This document shows positions 63,261 through 63,650 of a stretch of 63,650 bases of DNA, piece after piece. The position numbers were made by a program, and so were the translations under genes. The notes beneath the pieces are model-generated. The model did no database searches. It was not told the origin of the DNA and saw only the letters and a program-made list of their open reading frames with translations. Positions within the stretch are counted from its first letter, which is position 1; the number at the start of each line of letters is the position of its first letter. The stretch covers positions 1 to 63,650 of the forward strand of contig JBECKQ010000254.1 of the NCBI GenBank assembly GCA_040235375.1. Reading direction: 5' to 3'. The DNA comes from Phycisphaerae bacterium (GTDB lineage: Bacteria > Planctomycetota > Phycisphaerae > UBA1845).

Positions 63261-63650
63261 CAAGTGAAGAGTTTGATCCTGGCTCAGAACGAACGCTGGC
63301 GGCGTGGCTAAGGCATGCAAGTCGAACGGACACGGATTTTGGGTAACTGAGAACCGTGTTAGTGGCGAACGGGTGAGGAGTACATGGATAACGTACCCTG
63401 GACTCGGGGATAGCGGCTCCTGGTTTCGGCCAGGATTAGCGAAAGTGCCGGTAATACCCGATGACCCCGCGGGACCGCATGGTCCTGCGGGCAAGGCTCC
63501 GGCGGTCCGGGATCGGTCCATGTCCTATCAGCTTGTTGGTGGGGTAACGGCCTACCAAGGCAACGACGGGTATCGGGTGTGAGAGCATGACCCGACACAT
63601 CGGGACTGAGACACTGCCCGGACACCTACGGGTGGCTGCAGCAACGAATC
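63261..63650 (+). rRNA. rrs: 16S ribosomal RNA, 5' part (continues beyond the window)
   Basis: 'agagtttgatcctggctcag' (27F site) at 63268-63287. Also 'ggcatgcaagtcgaacgg', 'gggtaacggcctaccaagg' and 'actgagacac...cctacgggtggctgcagc'. Confidence 0.95.

Overview
This is a 63.65-kb high-GC bacterial chromosomal segment, most consistent with Planctomycetota. Supporting signs are a stand-alone partial 16S gene at the 3' edge with a GGCTGCAG-type variant of the universal ACGGGAGGCAGCAG region, a DUF1559/prepilin-type protein, many lipobox lipoproteins, a dockerin-tagged glycosidase and a Ser/Thr-kinase-linked ECF sigma factor. I can support about 57 protein-coding genes, one tRNA-Arg(ACG), the 5' part of a 16S rRNA gene, three sigma70-like promoter candidates and one intrinsic terminator. 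Content is mostly housekeeping or accessory metabolism (purH, trpF, tsaB, pgeF, a cofactor-independent mutase, PAP phosphatase, an aminotransferase, a GH3 + SSS sugar-uptake pair) plus dense signalling (2 ECF sigmas, STK, PP2C, STAS, GGDEF, receiver-like proteins). I saw no transposase, integrase, phage structural gene, obvious toxin-antitoxin pair or CRISPR array. The many long antisense ORFs in the six-frame track are high-GC artefacts. Items worth a second look: (1) A 1.68-kb ORF-free region (48141-49821) reads on the minus strand as a dense chain of GNRA/UNCG-capped hairpins ending in a hairpin+U6 terminator. It is a candidate large structured RNA that I could not assign to any family I know. 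(2) A minus-strand operon pairs an intact PilT ATPase with a membrane-anchored GspE/PilB-fold protein that has lost Walker A Lys, the Walker B Glu and the His box, plus a CvpA-like polytopic protein. (3) A partial DH-ACP-DH-KS-KS cassette has one KS lacking the Cys-His-His triad (CLF-like). (4) A paralogous family carries the ribbon signature C-x2-C-[GR]-Y-x3-G-x5-CPECG (4 copies). (5) Dispersed intergenic repeats include tandem TGAnnAC heptads after GC hairpins at two loci and an exact 18-mer shared by two intergenic regions. (6) Several fused or degenerate signalling proteins are present (sigma fused to a ZAS-like domain, a pseudo-receiver, and an STK-ECF pair with a poly-Thr sigma N-terminus). 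All family assignments come from motif recognition by eye; no searches were run.
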